Positions 43,922-53,436 of a stretch of 64,000 bases of DNA are shown here, piece after piece. Source of the stretch: Deltaproteobacteria bacterium RIFCSPLOWO2_02_FULL_50_16 (GTDB lineage Bacteria > UBA10199 > 2-02-FULL-50-16). The position numbers and the translations under genes are program-made. Position 1 is the first letter of the stretch. Each line of letters starts with the position of its first letter. The notes below the pieces were generated by a model. The model did not search any database, had not been told where the DNA came from, and saw only the letters and a program-made list of their open reading frames with translations. Location: assembly GCA_001798715.1 (NCBI GenBank), contig MGSF01000022.1:21899-85898 (forward strand), written 5' to 3'.

Positions 43922-43922
43922 T

Positions 43923-44723
43923 ATGTCAAGAATACAGAAAATTTTTAGACAGCTGAAAAGAGAAAAGAAAAAGGCGCTGATTCCGTTTATCACAGCGGGA
44001 GATCCTTCGCTTTCAGAGACCATGAAACTGATCGCCTTGTTGGAAAAGGCGGGCGCTGACATTATTGAGTTGGGAATGCCTTTTTCGGACCCGATGGCCG
44101 ACGGACCCGTTATTCAGGCCTCATCCGAGAGATCCCTTAAAAAGGGGACGAATTTGAAGAAAATATTAACCTTGGTGGGTGAGGTCAGGAAACGCTCACA
44201 AATCCCCATTTTACTCATGGGATATTATAATCCTGTTTTCGCTTTTGGCGTGAAGGCCTTTGCCCAGTCGGCATCGAAAGCGGGTGTTGATGCAGTGTTG
44301 ATTGTTGATGTTCCTCCGGAAGAATCCGCTGAGGTCAAGGACGAGCTGGATAAGGTAGGGATTGATCTTATTTTTTTAGTGGCCCCTACGACGTCGATCG
44401 AACGGATGAAAAAAATCGCCCATTTGAGTCGGGGATTTATATATTACGTCTCCATGACGGGTGTGACGGGGGCCAGTTTGAACCAATGGGACTCTATTCA
44501 ACATCAGATAACCCAACTCAGAAGGCTGACTCGACTGCCGATTGCCGTTGGTTTTGGCATTTCGACACCGAAAGAGGCCCAGAGGGTTGCCACAATGGCT
44601 GATGGTGTTGTGATTGGATCCGCCCTGATTCGGCAGATGGCAGGAAGATCCCCTGTTCAAGCTCGTCAACGCATATCCACCATGATTCGCCAATACAAGT
44701 TGGCACTTTCAAGGAGTTTTTAG
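43923..44723 (+). CDS. trpA: Tryptophan synthase alpha chain (start trimmed to MSRIQKIF)
   Basis: LIPFITAGDP...ELGMPFSDPMADGPVIQ aligns residue-for-residue with the TrpA N-terminus. Confidence 0.85.
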   Translation: MSRIQKIFRQLKREKKKALIPFITAGDPSLSETMKLIALLEKAGADIIELGMPFSDPMADGPVIQASSERSLKKGTNLKKILTLVGEVRKRSQIPILLMGYYNPVFAFGVKAFAQSASKAGVDAVLIVDVPPEESAEVKDELDKVGIDLIFLVAPTTSIERMKKIAHLSRGFIYYVSMTGVTGASLNQWDSIQHQITQLRRLTRLPIAVGFGISTPKEAQRVATMADGVVIGSALIRQMAGRSPVQARQRISTMIRQYKLALSRSF

Positions 44724-45211
44724 TGAAGTCGCTGCTTATTCAAAAGTCACATGCGAGAGAATGTTTTCGTAATTTCCTTAGGGGGAAAAATCTTCTTTTA
44801 ACGACAGAACGTAGTCGGTTGCTGGATATCATTTTTTCTCAGAGAAGGCATTTCTGCATTTATGATCTTCACCAGATGTGTCAAGTTAATCAGCAAAAGG
44901 TGTCATTGGCCACTATTTATAGAACCTTGCCCCTCATGGAAAAGGCGGGTCTGATTCGCGCCGTCAATCTCAAGGCGGACAATTGGCTTTATGAGAATAC
45001 TTATTTTAAACATCATCATGATCATATGGTCTGTGTGGCCTGTGGCAAGATTATTGAATTTGAAAATGTGGGCATTGAAAAAATGCAGTCCAAGGTTTGC
45101 AAAAAACATGATTTTATCATGACGGAACACACCCTCGAATTAAGAGGTTATTGTTCTCATTGCAAAAAAACCCGCAAAATATCTGCCCTCCTCGGTTCCA
45201 AAACGGCATAA
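44723..45211 (+). CDS. Fur-family metalloregulator (Fur/Zur/PerR type)
   Basis: DNA-binding helix SLATIYRTL. Metal site HHDHMVCVACGK and C-terminal CSHC. Confidence 0.75.
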   Translation: MKSLLIQKSHARECFRNFLRGKNLLLTTERSRLLDIIFSQRRHFCIYDLHQMCQVNQQKVSLATIYRTLPLMEKAGLIRAVNLKADNWLYENTYFKHHHDHMVCVACGKIIEFENVGIEKMQSKVCKKHDFIMTEHTLELRGYCSHCKKTRKISALLGSKTA

Positions 45212-45260
45212 TTTTTTTCTTTACATTTTCGATGGGGTCGTCTATATCCACACTTCCATG

Positions 45261-45279
45261 ATTGAGAAACATTCTCAAT
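45261..45279. promoter_or_regulatory. Perfect 8-3-8 palindrome ATTGAGAAacaTTCTCAAT, candidate Fur-family operator (copy 1)
   Basis: Read directly. Arms are exact reverse complements. Confidence 0.4.
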
Positions 45280-45288
45280 CTTGACACA

Positions 45289-45313
45289 GAGGCGCATTTG
45301 GCGCCTCTTTTAT
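45289..45313 (+). terminator. Rho-independent terminator after the Fur-family gene
   Basis: GAGGCGC-atttg-GCGCCTC stem followed by TTTTAT. Confidence 0.55.
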
Positions 45314-45322
45314 GGACTATAA

Positions 45323-45341
45323 ATTGAGAATAGTTCTCAAT
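45323..45341. promoter_or_regulatory. Second copy of the 8-3-8 palindrome ATTGAGAAtagTTCTCAAT, overlapping a TATAAAT -10-like hexamer
   Basis: Read directly. Arms identical to copy 1. 62 bp centre-to-centre. Confidence 0.4.
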
Positions 45342-45391
45342 ATTGTCCTCCGACAAGGGGTCGGTATTTTGGAAAAATGAGGAGGTTGGTC

Positions 45392-45583
45392 ATGCTCGGT
45401 TTGCTCAACGTTCGCATTTGTCCCAAGGGGCATGTTGTCTTCAAGCTGGATGGGCTCTCCATTCATTTGAGCTGGGACGAATTTTGGCAGCTTTCAAATA
45501 TTTTTGAAGGTGTCAAAAAAGAGATGCTGAAACTCAAATCTCGAAAGGATTTTGACCAGTTGAGTGCGGAAACGACGCATTAA
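45392..45583 (+). CDS. Small hypothetical protein (64 aa) downstream of the palindromes
   Basis: GGAGG RBS 6 nt upstream of the ATG. No recognisable family. Confidence 0.3.
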   Translation: MLGLLNVRICPKGHVVFKLDGLSIHLSWDEFWQLSNIFEGVKKEMLKLKSRKDFDQLSAETTH

Positions 45584-45613
45584 ACAGTACATTTTATGAA
45601 AGGAGATCTTGTT

Positions 45614-46840
45614 ATGATGTTACGCCATCGGTTTTTGCCATTCATAGTATTCGGAATGCTCTCATCCGTTTGTATTTCAAAAATTTCCTGGGCGACTTCC
45701 TCCAATGATGGACCTGAGATCCAGGTGGCTAGCGAGGCACTCGCTGAATCAACTCACGCCGACGGCCTCAAAAGGATTGGTGATTTCGGGAGAGTCCATC
45801 TTTTTGGTTATGGAGAACTGCACTATAATAACCCCATTGGATCCTCAGCGGATGAATTCGATTTCCATCGTTTTGTCATTGGTCTCGGATTTGATTTTAC
45901 TGAAAAAATAAAATTTGAAGCCGAACTTGATTTTGAACACGCCTTTAAAGAGCCCGAACTCGAATTTGCCCATATTGATTTTGGTCTCAATGATTGGGCC
46001 ACTCTTAGGGTGGGAAGCCTCCTCGTCCCCATGGGGGTGATCAATCAACACCATGAACCCCCCTTGTTTAATGGTGTGGAACGTCCGACCTTTTACAGTG
46101 TCATCATTCCGACTTCCTGGATGGAGGCGGGTATTGGTTTTTATGGAAACCTTTCCCATGGATTTGACTATCAACTGTATCTTATGAGTACCCCCAAGGC
46201 CGTGACATTGGACGGGACCGGGACCTTTGATCAGGGCTTTAGCGGCTCTACTGGTATTCGTGGGGGCCGTTTTAAGGTGGGTGAGGCCCCGGGTCGGGAT
46301 GTGGGCGGCTCCTTTCGTCTTCAAAATACCTATTTTCCCGGTTTTCGAATGGGGACTTCGGCCTTTTTGGGCAATACCGCTCATGGGCAGGCAGGGGTGG
46401 GTGGTGCCTTTCTGGCAATGATAGAGGCCGATGCTAAATATAGCCTTGAGGGGATCGACCTCGAAGGGATTTTTGGTTTTAATTCCCTCTCCGATGCTGG
46501 AAATGTGAATACCGTCATTGCCGGTGGCGGTGGGACCAACTTTGTGGGCAGTCAGATGTTGGGTTATTATTTAGAGGCTGGTTATCATCTCTTTTATCAT
46601 CTTTGGCCGGAGACAAAACATGATCTCATCGCCTTTGGCCGGTTTGAGGATATCGATACCCAATACAAGATACCCGCCGGTTTTGCCAAAAATCAGGCCA
46701 ATGACAAACGCCTCGTGACGGCTGGATTAACCTATAAGCCGATTCCTCAGATTGCGATCAAGGCCAACTACACCTGGAATTGGAATGATGCCAATAGTGG
46801 TGTGGATCAGTTTGACGCCGGGATTGGTTTTTATTACTGA
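45614..46840 (+). CDS. His-rich outer-membrane beta-barrel protein, porin-like
   Basis: Signal peptide. Alternating amphipathic strands. C-terminal aromatic ...GIGFYY. Many His residues. Confidence 0.55.
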   Translation: MMLRHRFLPFIVFGMLSSVCISKISWATSSNDGPEIQVASEALAESTHADGLKRIGDFGRVHLFGYGELHYNNPIGSSADEFDFHRFVIGLGFDFTEKIKFEAELDFEHAFKEPELEFAHIDFGLNDWATLRVGSLLVPMGVINQHHEPPLFNGVERPTFYSVIIPTSWMEAGIGFYGNLSHGFDYQLYLMSTPKAVTLDGTGTFDQGFSGSTGIRGGRFKVGEAPGRDVGGSFRLQNTYFPGFRMGTSAFLGNTAHGQAGVGGAFLAMIEADAKYSLEGIDLEGIFGFNSLSDAGNVNTVIAGGGGTNFVGSQMLGYYLEAGYHLFYHLWPETKHDLIAFGRFEDIDTQYKIPAGFAKNQANDKRLVTAGLTYKPIPQIAIKANYTWNWNDANSGVDQFDAGIGFYY

Positions 46841-46873
46841 TTTGTAAAAAATTAGTTTATTTCATCGGCTCCC

Positions 46874-46916
46874 ATCCCGGGCATCGTTTTTTAACGGTGT
46901 CCGGGATTATTTTTCA
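46874..46916 (+). terminator. Terminator-like hairpin after the beta-barrel gene
   Basis: ATCCCGG...CCGGGAT stem followed by TATTTTT. Confidence 0.45.
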
Positions 46917-46961
46917 TGATTTTTTTTCAAAAACAAGTATTGTTTATGAAAGAGAAGGATT

Positions 46962-47546
46962 TTGAAGGTGAAATTTTTTGATTTTTCAAGAAAAAGTAGA
47001 TTATTTCTTGTATTTTTCTGTCTCCAGGTCTCTTCCCTTTGGGCCTTTCAGAGCGTTTATCTGTCGCCAAAGGAGGCCTTAAGACAGGTCTTTCATGCCT
47101 CAAAGGTCGTCGTCAGCGAGAAGAGGGTCTTGGATGCCGAGCAGGCGGCGTGGATCGTAAAAAAAAGCGGTCTGAAACCGCCCCAATCCGAATGGACCTT
47201 TTATCTGGGAAAGACGGATGAAAAGATTGACGGGTATGCCCTGATCGATCATCAGGTGGGGAAAACGGAACCGATCACGTTTATGACGGTCATCAATCCT
47301 GACGGAAGGGTCAGGGATGTGATGATATTGGTTTATCGAGAGACCCACGGCTCTGAGGTGAGGCATAAAAACTTTTTGAGACAATTTTATGGAAAAGAGG
47401 CCCATCATCCGGTACGTCTTGGACAGGATATTGATGTAGTGAGTGGGGCGACATTGTCATCCAGGGCTCTTGCGGTGGGTGTGAAGAGGGCCCTATTATT
47501 GTGGGAGATTTTTTATGGAAAACACGGGTCCATTACGGCTCGGTAG
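46962..47546 (+). CDS. Periplasmic FMN-binding-domain protein
   Basis: Signal peptide. FMN_bind-like motif DVVSGATLSSRALAVGV. Confidence 0.55.
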   Translation: MKVKFFDFSRKSRLFLVFFCLQVSSLWAFQSVYLSPKEALRQVFHASKVVVSEKRVLDAEQAAWIVKKSGLKPPQSEWTFYLGKTDEKIDGYALIDHQVGKTEPITFMTVINPDGRVRDVMILVYRETHGSEVRHKNFLRQFYGKEAHHPVRLGQDIDVVSGATLSSRALAVGVKRALLLWEIFYGKHGSITAR

Positions 47547-47997
47547 CCTTCGTCTGTCTCTTAAGATATTGGTGACTAGTTTTATTGTTTTTATGGTTTT
47601 GGGGTATGGGGTGGCCCTCGTCAAAATCTATCATATTTCTCATTTCAGTTTGGATGAGGCGCAGCTTTATTATCGTGGTGATGAGGCGAGTGAGGGGGTT
47701 TTTATCCCGCAAACTTTTTCCTCGCTCTTGTCCGTGTCCCATGTTCATCTCTTTAGCCAGCCGGTGATGTTTGCATTGATAGGCTTCTTGTTTTGTTTTT
47801 CTTTTTTGAGGGAGAAGACAAAATCCATTGTTATTGCTACGGCCTTTTTGGGGATTTTGATGAACACTCTTGCGCCATGGATGGTCCGCTACGGGTCTTC
47901 TCAGTGTGTCTTTCTCTTTCCCCTCTCACAAGTCCTGATGATGCCCGCCTTCTTTTTGATGGTCTTTGTGATCCTCTATGAGATGTGGCGGCACTGA
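47515..47997 (+). CDS. Small four-TM membrane protein with intramembrane His residues
   Basis: Four hydrophobic segments. His in YHISHF and SVSHVHLF. Overlaps the stop of the FMN-binding gene. Confidence 0.4.
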   Translation: MENTGPLRLGSLRLSLKILVTSFIVFMVLGYGVALVKIYHISHFSLDEAQLYYRGDEASEGVFIPQTFSSLLSVSHVHLFSQPVMFALIGFLFCFSFLREKTKSIVIATAFLGILMNTLAPWMVRYGSSQCVFLFPLSQVLMMPAFFLMVFVILYEMWRH

Positions 47998-48083
47998 TCC
48001 CTTCTAAATTCTTCCTTGACTCTTCACGGCCTCGATGAGATAAGTGCATTGATTTCAATAAGTTAATCTATTTTTTAAAATCC

Positions 48084-50531
48084 ATGGATTCAAAATATCT
48101 TCCTCAAGAAATAGAAAAAAAATGGCAGGCCAGTTGGGAGAAACACAAAATCTTCAAGGTGAATGAGGATCCCCGTGTTCCGCCCTCCAAGAGGTACTAT
48201 TGTCTGGAGATGTTCCCTTATCCTTCCGGCAGGATTCATATGGGGCATGTGCGTAATTATGCCATTGGAGACGTGATCGCTCGTTATAAAAAGATGAAAG
48301 GCTTTAATGTCCTTCATCCCATTGGCTGGGATTCCTTTGGCATGCCTGCCGAAAATGCGGCCATAGCCCATCAGGTGCCCCCTCAGAAGTGGACCTATCA
48401 GAATATTCAACACATGAGGTTGCAGCTCAAGGCCTTGGGGCTTTCCTATGATTGGGATCGAGAGATCAGTACCTGTGAACCTGACTACTATCGTTGGGAA
48501 CAGGAGATCTTTATCAAGATGTTTGAGAAGGGTCTGGCTTATAAAAGGCATTCCATGGTCAATTGGTGTCCCTCGTGTCAGACGGTTTTGGCCAATGAAC
48601 AGGTGGAGCAGGGGCAATGTTGGCGCTGTGAATCTCCTGTCGAGCAGAAGCCGTTAGAGCAGTGGTTTTTTAAGATCACGGCCTATGCCGAGGAATTATT
48701 GAAAGAGATGGATCATCTTAGGGGCGGTTGGCCCGAACGAGTGCTGACTATGCAGCAAGAATGGATCGGACGAAGTACCGGGGCTTCTATTAAATTTCCC
48801 TTAGAAAAAAAATTGGGAGATCAAAAAGAAATTGAGGTGTTTACGACACGCCCCGACACCCTCTATGGGGCGACATTTATGTCCATTGCTGCAGAGCACC
48901 CGTTGGCCCAGAGACTGGCTCAGGGGACAGGGCAGGAAGAGGCCATTGCCGATTTTGCCAAAAAAGTGAGGACCATGGATAGGACCCGGCGTCTTGCGGA
49001 GGAGTATGAAAAAGAGGGTGTTTTTACCGGTAGTTATTGTTTTAATCCCCTGACAGGCACAAAAATTCCAGTGTATGCGGCCAATTTTGTCTTGATGGAA
49101 TATGGCACGGGTTGTGTGATGGCGGTCCCTGCCCATGATCAGCGTGACTTTGAATTTGCAAAAAAATATAACCTCCCGATCATTGTGGTCATCCAACCTC
49201 AAGGGAAAATTTTGGATCCTGGAACGATGAAGGGGGCCTATGAAGGTGTCGGAGTTATGGATCATTCGGGTTCCTTTGATGGCACTCCCAACGAAGAGGG
49301 CAAGATGAGGGTTTGTGAATTTTTGGAGAAGAAAAAAATAGGCAAGGCCACAGTCACCTACAAGCTCCGTGACTGGGGAATTTCCAGACAACGTTATTGG
49401 GGGGCCCCCATTCCCATTATTTATTGTAAGGATTGTGGGACTGTTCCCGTTCCACTCAAAGATTTGCCTGTCAACCTTCCTGCCGATGTCAAGCTGACGG
49501 GTCTTGGGGGATCTCCCCTGGCCCAGCTTCGGTCATTTTGGGAGGTGGATTGTCCGCAATGTAAAAAGAAGGCCCGGCGGGAAACGGACACCATGGACAC
49601 GTTTGTAGAATCCTCATGGTATTTTGATCGCTATACAGATGCATCCTCCAAAAAAGGGCCTTTTGACAAAGAAAAGGTGGGATATTGGATGCCGGTTCAT
49701 CAATATATTGGCGGGATTGAACATGCCGTTCTCCATCTTCTTTATGCAAGGTTCTTTACCAAGGTCCTGCGTGATCTTGGATATCTTGATTGTGACGAGC
49801 CCTTTATCCGTCTCTTGACTCAGGGGATGGTGATCAAGGATGGGGCCAAGATGAGCAAATCGAAGGGCAATGTCGTCGATCCCGATGCCTTGATTGGTCA
49901 GTATGGAGCCGATACGGCCCGCATTTTTAGTCTCTTTGCGGCCCCCCCGGAAAAGGACCTTGATTGGAGCGATCAAGGAGTTCAGGGGGCCTCCCGGTTT
50001 TTGGGGCGGGTATGGCGGTTGGTGTGGAATTTTAAGAATGGGGTTTTAATTGTTGGCCAAGAAGGAGACCAAGACCGTTTTTGGATCCATAAGACGATCA
50101 AGAAAGTCACGCGCGATCTTGACGGTTTTCAGTTTAATACGGCTATTGCCGCCTTGATGGAATATCTTAACTATATTGAAAAGGAGAGTTCTCACCCTTC
50201 GATGCGATCCATTGAGGTGCTCATTATCTTATTGGCCCCCTTTGCGCCGCATATTGCCGAAGAGCTTTGGGGTGAATTGGGGCATCAGGGATTTTTGTCC
50301 ACTTATTTATGGCCTGACTATGATGAAACGGCTCTGAAGAAAGATACGATGTTGATCGTCGTTCAAGTAAAGGGAAAGGTGAGGGCAAAAATCAAAATGG
50401 ACGCCTCTCTTTCCGAAGATGAGATTAAAAAGATAGCCCTTGAAGACGAAAAAGTTAAAAAATATATTACAGGCAGTGTCAAAAAAGTAATTTATGTTCC
50501 CAAAAAACTCGTCAATGTGGTGGTAGAATGA
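48084..50531 (+). CDS. leuS: Leucine--tRNA ligase
   Basis: HMGHVRNY and KMSKSKGN motifs. 815 aa. Confidence 0.95.
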   Translation: MDSKYLPQEIEKKWQASWEKHKIFKVNEDPRVPPSKRYYCLEMFPYPSGRIHMGHVRNYAIGDVIARYKKMKGFNVLHPIGWDSFGMPAENAAIAHQVPPQKWTYQNIQHMRLQLKALGLSYDWDREISTCEPDYYRWEQEIFIKMFEKGLAYKRHSMVNWCPSCQTVLANEQVEQGQCWRCESPVEQKPLEQWFFKITAYAEELLKEMDHLRGGWPERVLTMQQEWIGRSTGASIKFPLEKKLGDQKEIEVFTTRPDTLYGATFMSIAAEHPLAQRLAQGTGQEEAIADFAKKVRTMDRTRRLAEEYEKEGVFTGSYCFNPLTGTKIPVYAANFVLMEYGTGCVMAVPAHDQRDFEFAKKYNLPIIVVIQPQGKILDPGTMKGAYEGVGVMDHSGSFDGTPNEEGKMRVCEFLEKKKIGKATVTYKLRDWGISRQRYWGAPIPIIYCKDCGTVPVPLKDLPVNLPADVKLTGLGGSPLAQLRSFWEVDCPQCKKKARRETDTMDTFVESSWYFDRYTDASSKKGPFDKEKVGYWMPVHQYIGGIEHAVLHLLYARFFTKVLRDLGYLDCDEPFIRLLTQGMVIKDGAKMSKSKGNVVDPDALIGQYGADTARIFSLFAAPPEKDLDWSDQGVQGASRFLGRVWRLVWNFKNGVLIVGQEGDQDRFWIHKTIKKVTRDLDGFQFNTAIAALMEYLNYIEKESSHPSMRSIEVLIILLAPFAPHIAEELWGELGHQGFLSTYLWPDYDETALKKDTMLIVVQVKGKVRAKIKMDASLSEDEIKKIALEDEKVKKYITGSVKKVIYVPKKLVNVVVE

Positions 50532-51559
50532 TTTATTTGCTCTACGGTGCAGAGTCCTTTTTATTAGATCGATTTCTCGCATCTCTTGAATCGAATGTCT
50601 TGAAGGGTGGAATCAGAGATTTCAATCGGGATCTTTTTTCCGGCAAGACGGCGACGGCCAAGAGTATTATTGAGGCCAGCTTGACCCTTCCGATGATGGC
50701 TGAAAAGAGAATGATACTGGTGAGGGAGGCGGAGTTTTTTAATAAGAATGATCAAGAAAAATTGATGGCCGCCACGGATCAAATCCCCGAAACAACAGTA
50801 CTGGTTTTTGTGGCTCATAAAATTGATCGTCGTCAATTGTTTTGGCAGCACCTGATCAAAAAGGCAAATGTCAAACCGAAGTCAGAGACTTCGGTACCTG
50901 AGGCACCAGCGGTGCTGATCCGAGAGTTCAAACCATTGTATCCCCGCGAAATACCCTCATGGATACATGAGGAGTCCCGGAGGATGTCTGTCACTTTGGA
51001 TCCAGAGGCCATTCAAATCTTGGTAGAGCTTATCGGCACCCATTTGGTGGATCTTTCTTATACCTTGGAAAAACTAATCCTCTATGCCAGTCCTCGGCAG
51101 AGTATTACCATTGAGGATGTTGAGGCCGTGATTTGTGATGTGGCGGTGCGATCTGTTTTCGATTTGGCCGATGCGATCGGGCAGGGGAATTGGGGTCGAT
51201 CTTTATATTTTCTAGAAAAAATATTGGTGTCATCCGAGGAGCCGGCCTTGAGGGTTTTGAGCCTTATTTTGCGTCATTTTAGGATTTTGCTGAAGGCCAA
51301 GGAGGCGGAGACAAAGCGCATGCCCCAGATGGAACTGGCCCGTTTTTTGGGGGTGTCTCCTTATTTTGTCAATAACTATCAATCTCAGGCACAACGGATG
51401 ACGCGCGCACACATATTGCAGACAATGGAAATTCTTTATCAGACGGATAAGAGCCTTAAACGGAGTTTTATTCCTGATTTGCTGATTATGGAAAGGATGA
51501 TTTTTTCCCTAGCGGCCGAGCGCGGCAACCTTGCGGCTCAAGCGGCCAATTTTTCGTGA
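50528..51559 (+). CDS. holA: DNA polymerase III delta subunit
   Basis: Delta-subunit N-terminal fold ([11 protein letters not shown]...). Position after leuS. Confidence 0.75.
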   Translation: MIYLLYGAESFLLDRFLASLESNVLKGGIRDFNRDLFSGKTATAKSIIEASLTLPMMAEKRMILVREAEFFNKNDQEKLMAATDQIPETTVLVFVAHKIDRRQLFWQHLIKKANVKPKSETSVPEAPAVLIREFKPLYPREIPSWIHEESRRMSVTLDPEAIQILVELIGTHLVDLSYTLEKLILYASPRQSITIEDVEAVICDVAVRSVFDLADAIGQGNWGRSLYFLEKILVSSEEPALRVLSLILRHFRILLKAKEAETKRMPQMELARFLGVSPYFVNNYQSQAQRMTRAHILQTMEILYQTDKSLKRSFIPDLLIMERMIFSLAAERGNLAAQAANFS

Positions 51560-51811
51560 AGCTGTTTTGGGGTGAAGACGTCGGTGGCGACTCGCTTTTT
51601 GAAGGAGAGAGGAAACGGTTTTGAGGGCTTCGATGGCGGATTTTTTGTCATTTTTTTGGATGGCGGCCAGGACATTTTTTGTGGATGTGCGAATGGCTGA
51701 TTTGCGTGAAACGTTAAAAGCCGTGCGCTTTATTTCTTGCCGCTGACGCTTTATCGCGGAAAGATGGCGTCCCTTGACGAGCTTTTTCTTTTTGATGGGG
51801 GCCTCGGCCAT
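51509..51811 (-). CDS. rpsT: 30S ribosomal protein S20
   Basis: HLSAIKRQRQ...KKSAIRT S20 signature. Lys/Arg-rich. Confidence 0.8.
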   Translation of the reverse strand: MAEAPIKKKKLVKGRHLSAIKRQRQEIKRTAFNVSRKSAIRTSTKNVLAAIQKNDKKSAIEALKTVSSLLQKASRHRRLHPKTASRKIGRLSRKVAALGR

Positions 51812-51870
51812 AAGTGACGCCGAGTATCATTCGCGGCACTGCTTGTCAAGGTTCTTCATGCGAGGTTTTG

Positions 51871-53436
51871 ATGAGTGAAGAAAAGAACGATATTATCAGA
51901 CGTACCGGGACAGTGAGCGGCATGACATTTTTGAGTCGTCTTTTGGGACTTATTCGCGATGTTATTGTGGCCCATGTTTTCGGGGCCAAATCTGCTGCGG
52001 ATGCCTTTTTTGTGGCCTTTCGCATACCCAATCTGTTTCGAAGGCTCTTGGCGGAAGGGGCCCTGACGGTCTCTTTTGTTCCCGTCTTTTCAGAGTATCT
52101 CAAGCAAGATCGCGAGGAAGCCAAAAAGATCGTGGGGATTGTTGCGAGTGTCTTCCTGCTGATCCTTTTGGCACTTTCCTCCGTCGCGATTATTGTAGCT
52201 CCATGGATTGTGAGGGCCATGGCCTTTGGCTTTAGCCAGGATCCGGAGAAGTTTGCCTTGACGGTTACGTTGACGCGTCTTCTTTTTCCCTACCTGGTTT
52301 TTGTCAGTCTGGCTGCCTTGGCCATGGGGGTTCTTAATTCATTGAAGCATTTTGCCGCGCCCGCCTCATCCCCCATCTTTCTCAATATTGGGATTATTAT
52401 AGGGGCTTTATTTCTGACCCCCTATTTCGATCCCCCTGTGATGGGTTTGGCCTGGGGGGTGTTGTTGGGAGGGTTGCTTCAGTTGGCGATCAATGTTCCT
52501 GTCATGGTCAAATATGGATTTTTTCCCCGTCTTCGATGGAATCCCCGGCATCCGGCAGTCAAGAAGATAGTGCATCTTATGATTCCTTCGGCCTATGGGG
52601 CGGCCGTGTATCAATTTAATGTCGTCATTATAACCTTGTTGGCCTCCTTTCTTCCTTCGGGAGCCGTCTCCTATTTATGGTATGCGGATCGTCTCATGGA
52701 ATTTCCAGTGGGGATTTTTGGTATCTCTGTGGCGGCTGTTATCTTGCCGACGCTTTCCGATCATGCCGCACACAGAAATTGGGATAAATTAAACGAAACT
52801 CTGTCCTATGGGCTCCGACTGACCTTCTTCATATCGATTCCCGCCGCTGTCGGATTGATTGTCCTTGCAGAGCCTATTATCAGGGTCATTTTTCAACATG
52901 GATCCTTTACGGATCATGCCGCCCAAGCGACGGCGCAGGCCCTCTTGTTTTTTGCACTGGGTCTCCCTTTTATTTCTGGGGTCAGGGTTGTGACAAACGC
53001 CTATTATTCTTTCCAAGAGCCAAAAACCCCAGTCAAGGTGGCTAATTTGTCCGTTTTGGTTAATTTAATTTTGGCCCTTTTATTGATGAAACCATTAAAG
53101 CACAATGGTTTGGCCTTGGCGATCAGCCTTTCCTCCTTCTTCAATTTTTTTGTTCAGGTTATTTTGTTTCAAAAAAGGATGAGAGGCCTAAGATTTCGAG
53201 ATCTGGTGATATCCGTGAGTAAAATATGTCTGGCTTCTCTCATTATGGGAGGGTTGATTCTTTGGGGGCAGCAGAAATGGCCCATCCTTGAAGAGAAAAC
53301 GCTGATACTCCAAATGGGATATCTCATGGCTTTTGTTTTTATTGGAGTGGCTATTTATGGAGGAGTATCTTGGCTCGTCAAGAGTCAGGAGATGAGAGAG
53401 GTGTTGAATCTTTGGAATGCGCCATCAAAAAAATAA
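51871..53436 (+). CDS. murJ: Lipid II flippase MurJ
   Basis: MviN/MurJ N-terminal motif (LSRLLGLIRDVIVAHVFGA...DAFFVAFRIPNLFRRL). Confidence 0.85.
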   Translation: MSEEKNDIIRRTGTVSGMTFLSRLLGLIRDVIVAHVFGAKSAADAFFVAFRIPNLFRRLLAEGALTVSFVPVFSEYLKQDREEAKKIVGIVASVFLLILLALSSVAIIVAPWIVRAMAFGFSQDPEKFALTVTLTRLLFPYLVFVSLAALAMGVLNSLKHFAAPASSPIFLNIGIIIGALFLTPYFDPPVMGLAWGVLLGGLLQLAINVPVMVKYGFFPRLRWNPRHPAVKKIVHLMIPSAYGAAVYQFNVVIITLLASFLPSGAVSYLWYADRLMEFPVGIFGISVAAVILPTLSDHAAHRNWDKLNETLSYGLRLTFFISIPAAVGLIVLAEPIIRVIFQHGSFTDHAAQATAQALLFFALGLPFISGVRVVTNAYYSFQEPKTPVKVANLSVLVNLILALLLMKPLKHNGLALAISLSSFFNFFVQVILFQKRMRGLRFRDLVISVSKICLASLIMGGLILWGQQKWPILEEKTLILQMGYLMAFVFIGVAIYGGVSWLVKSQEMREVLNLWNAPSKK

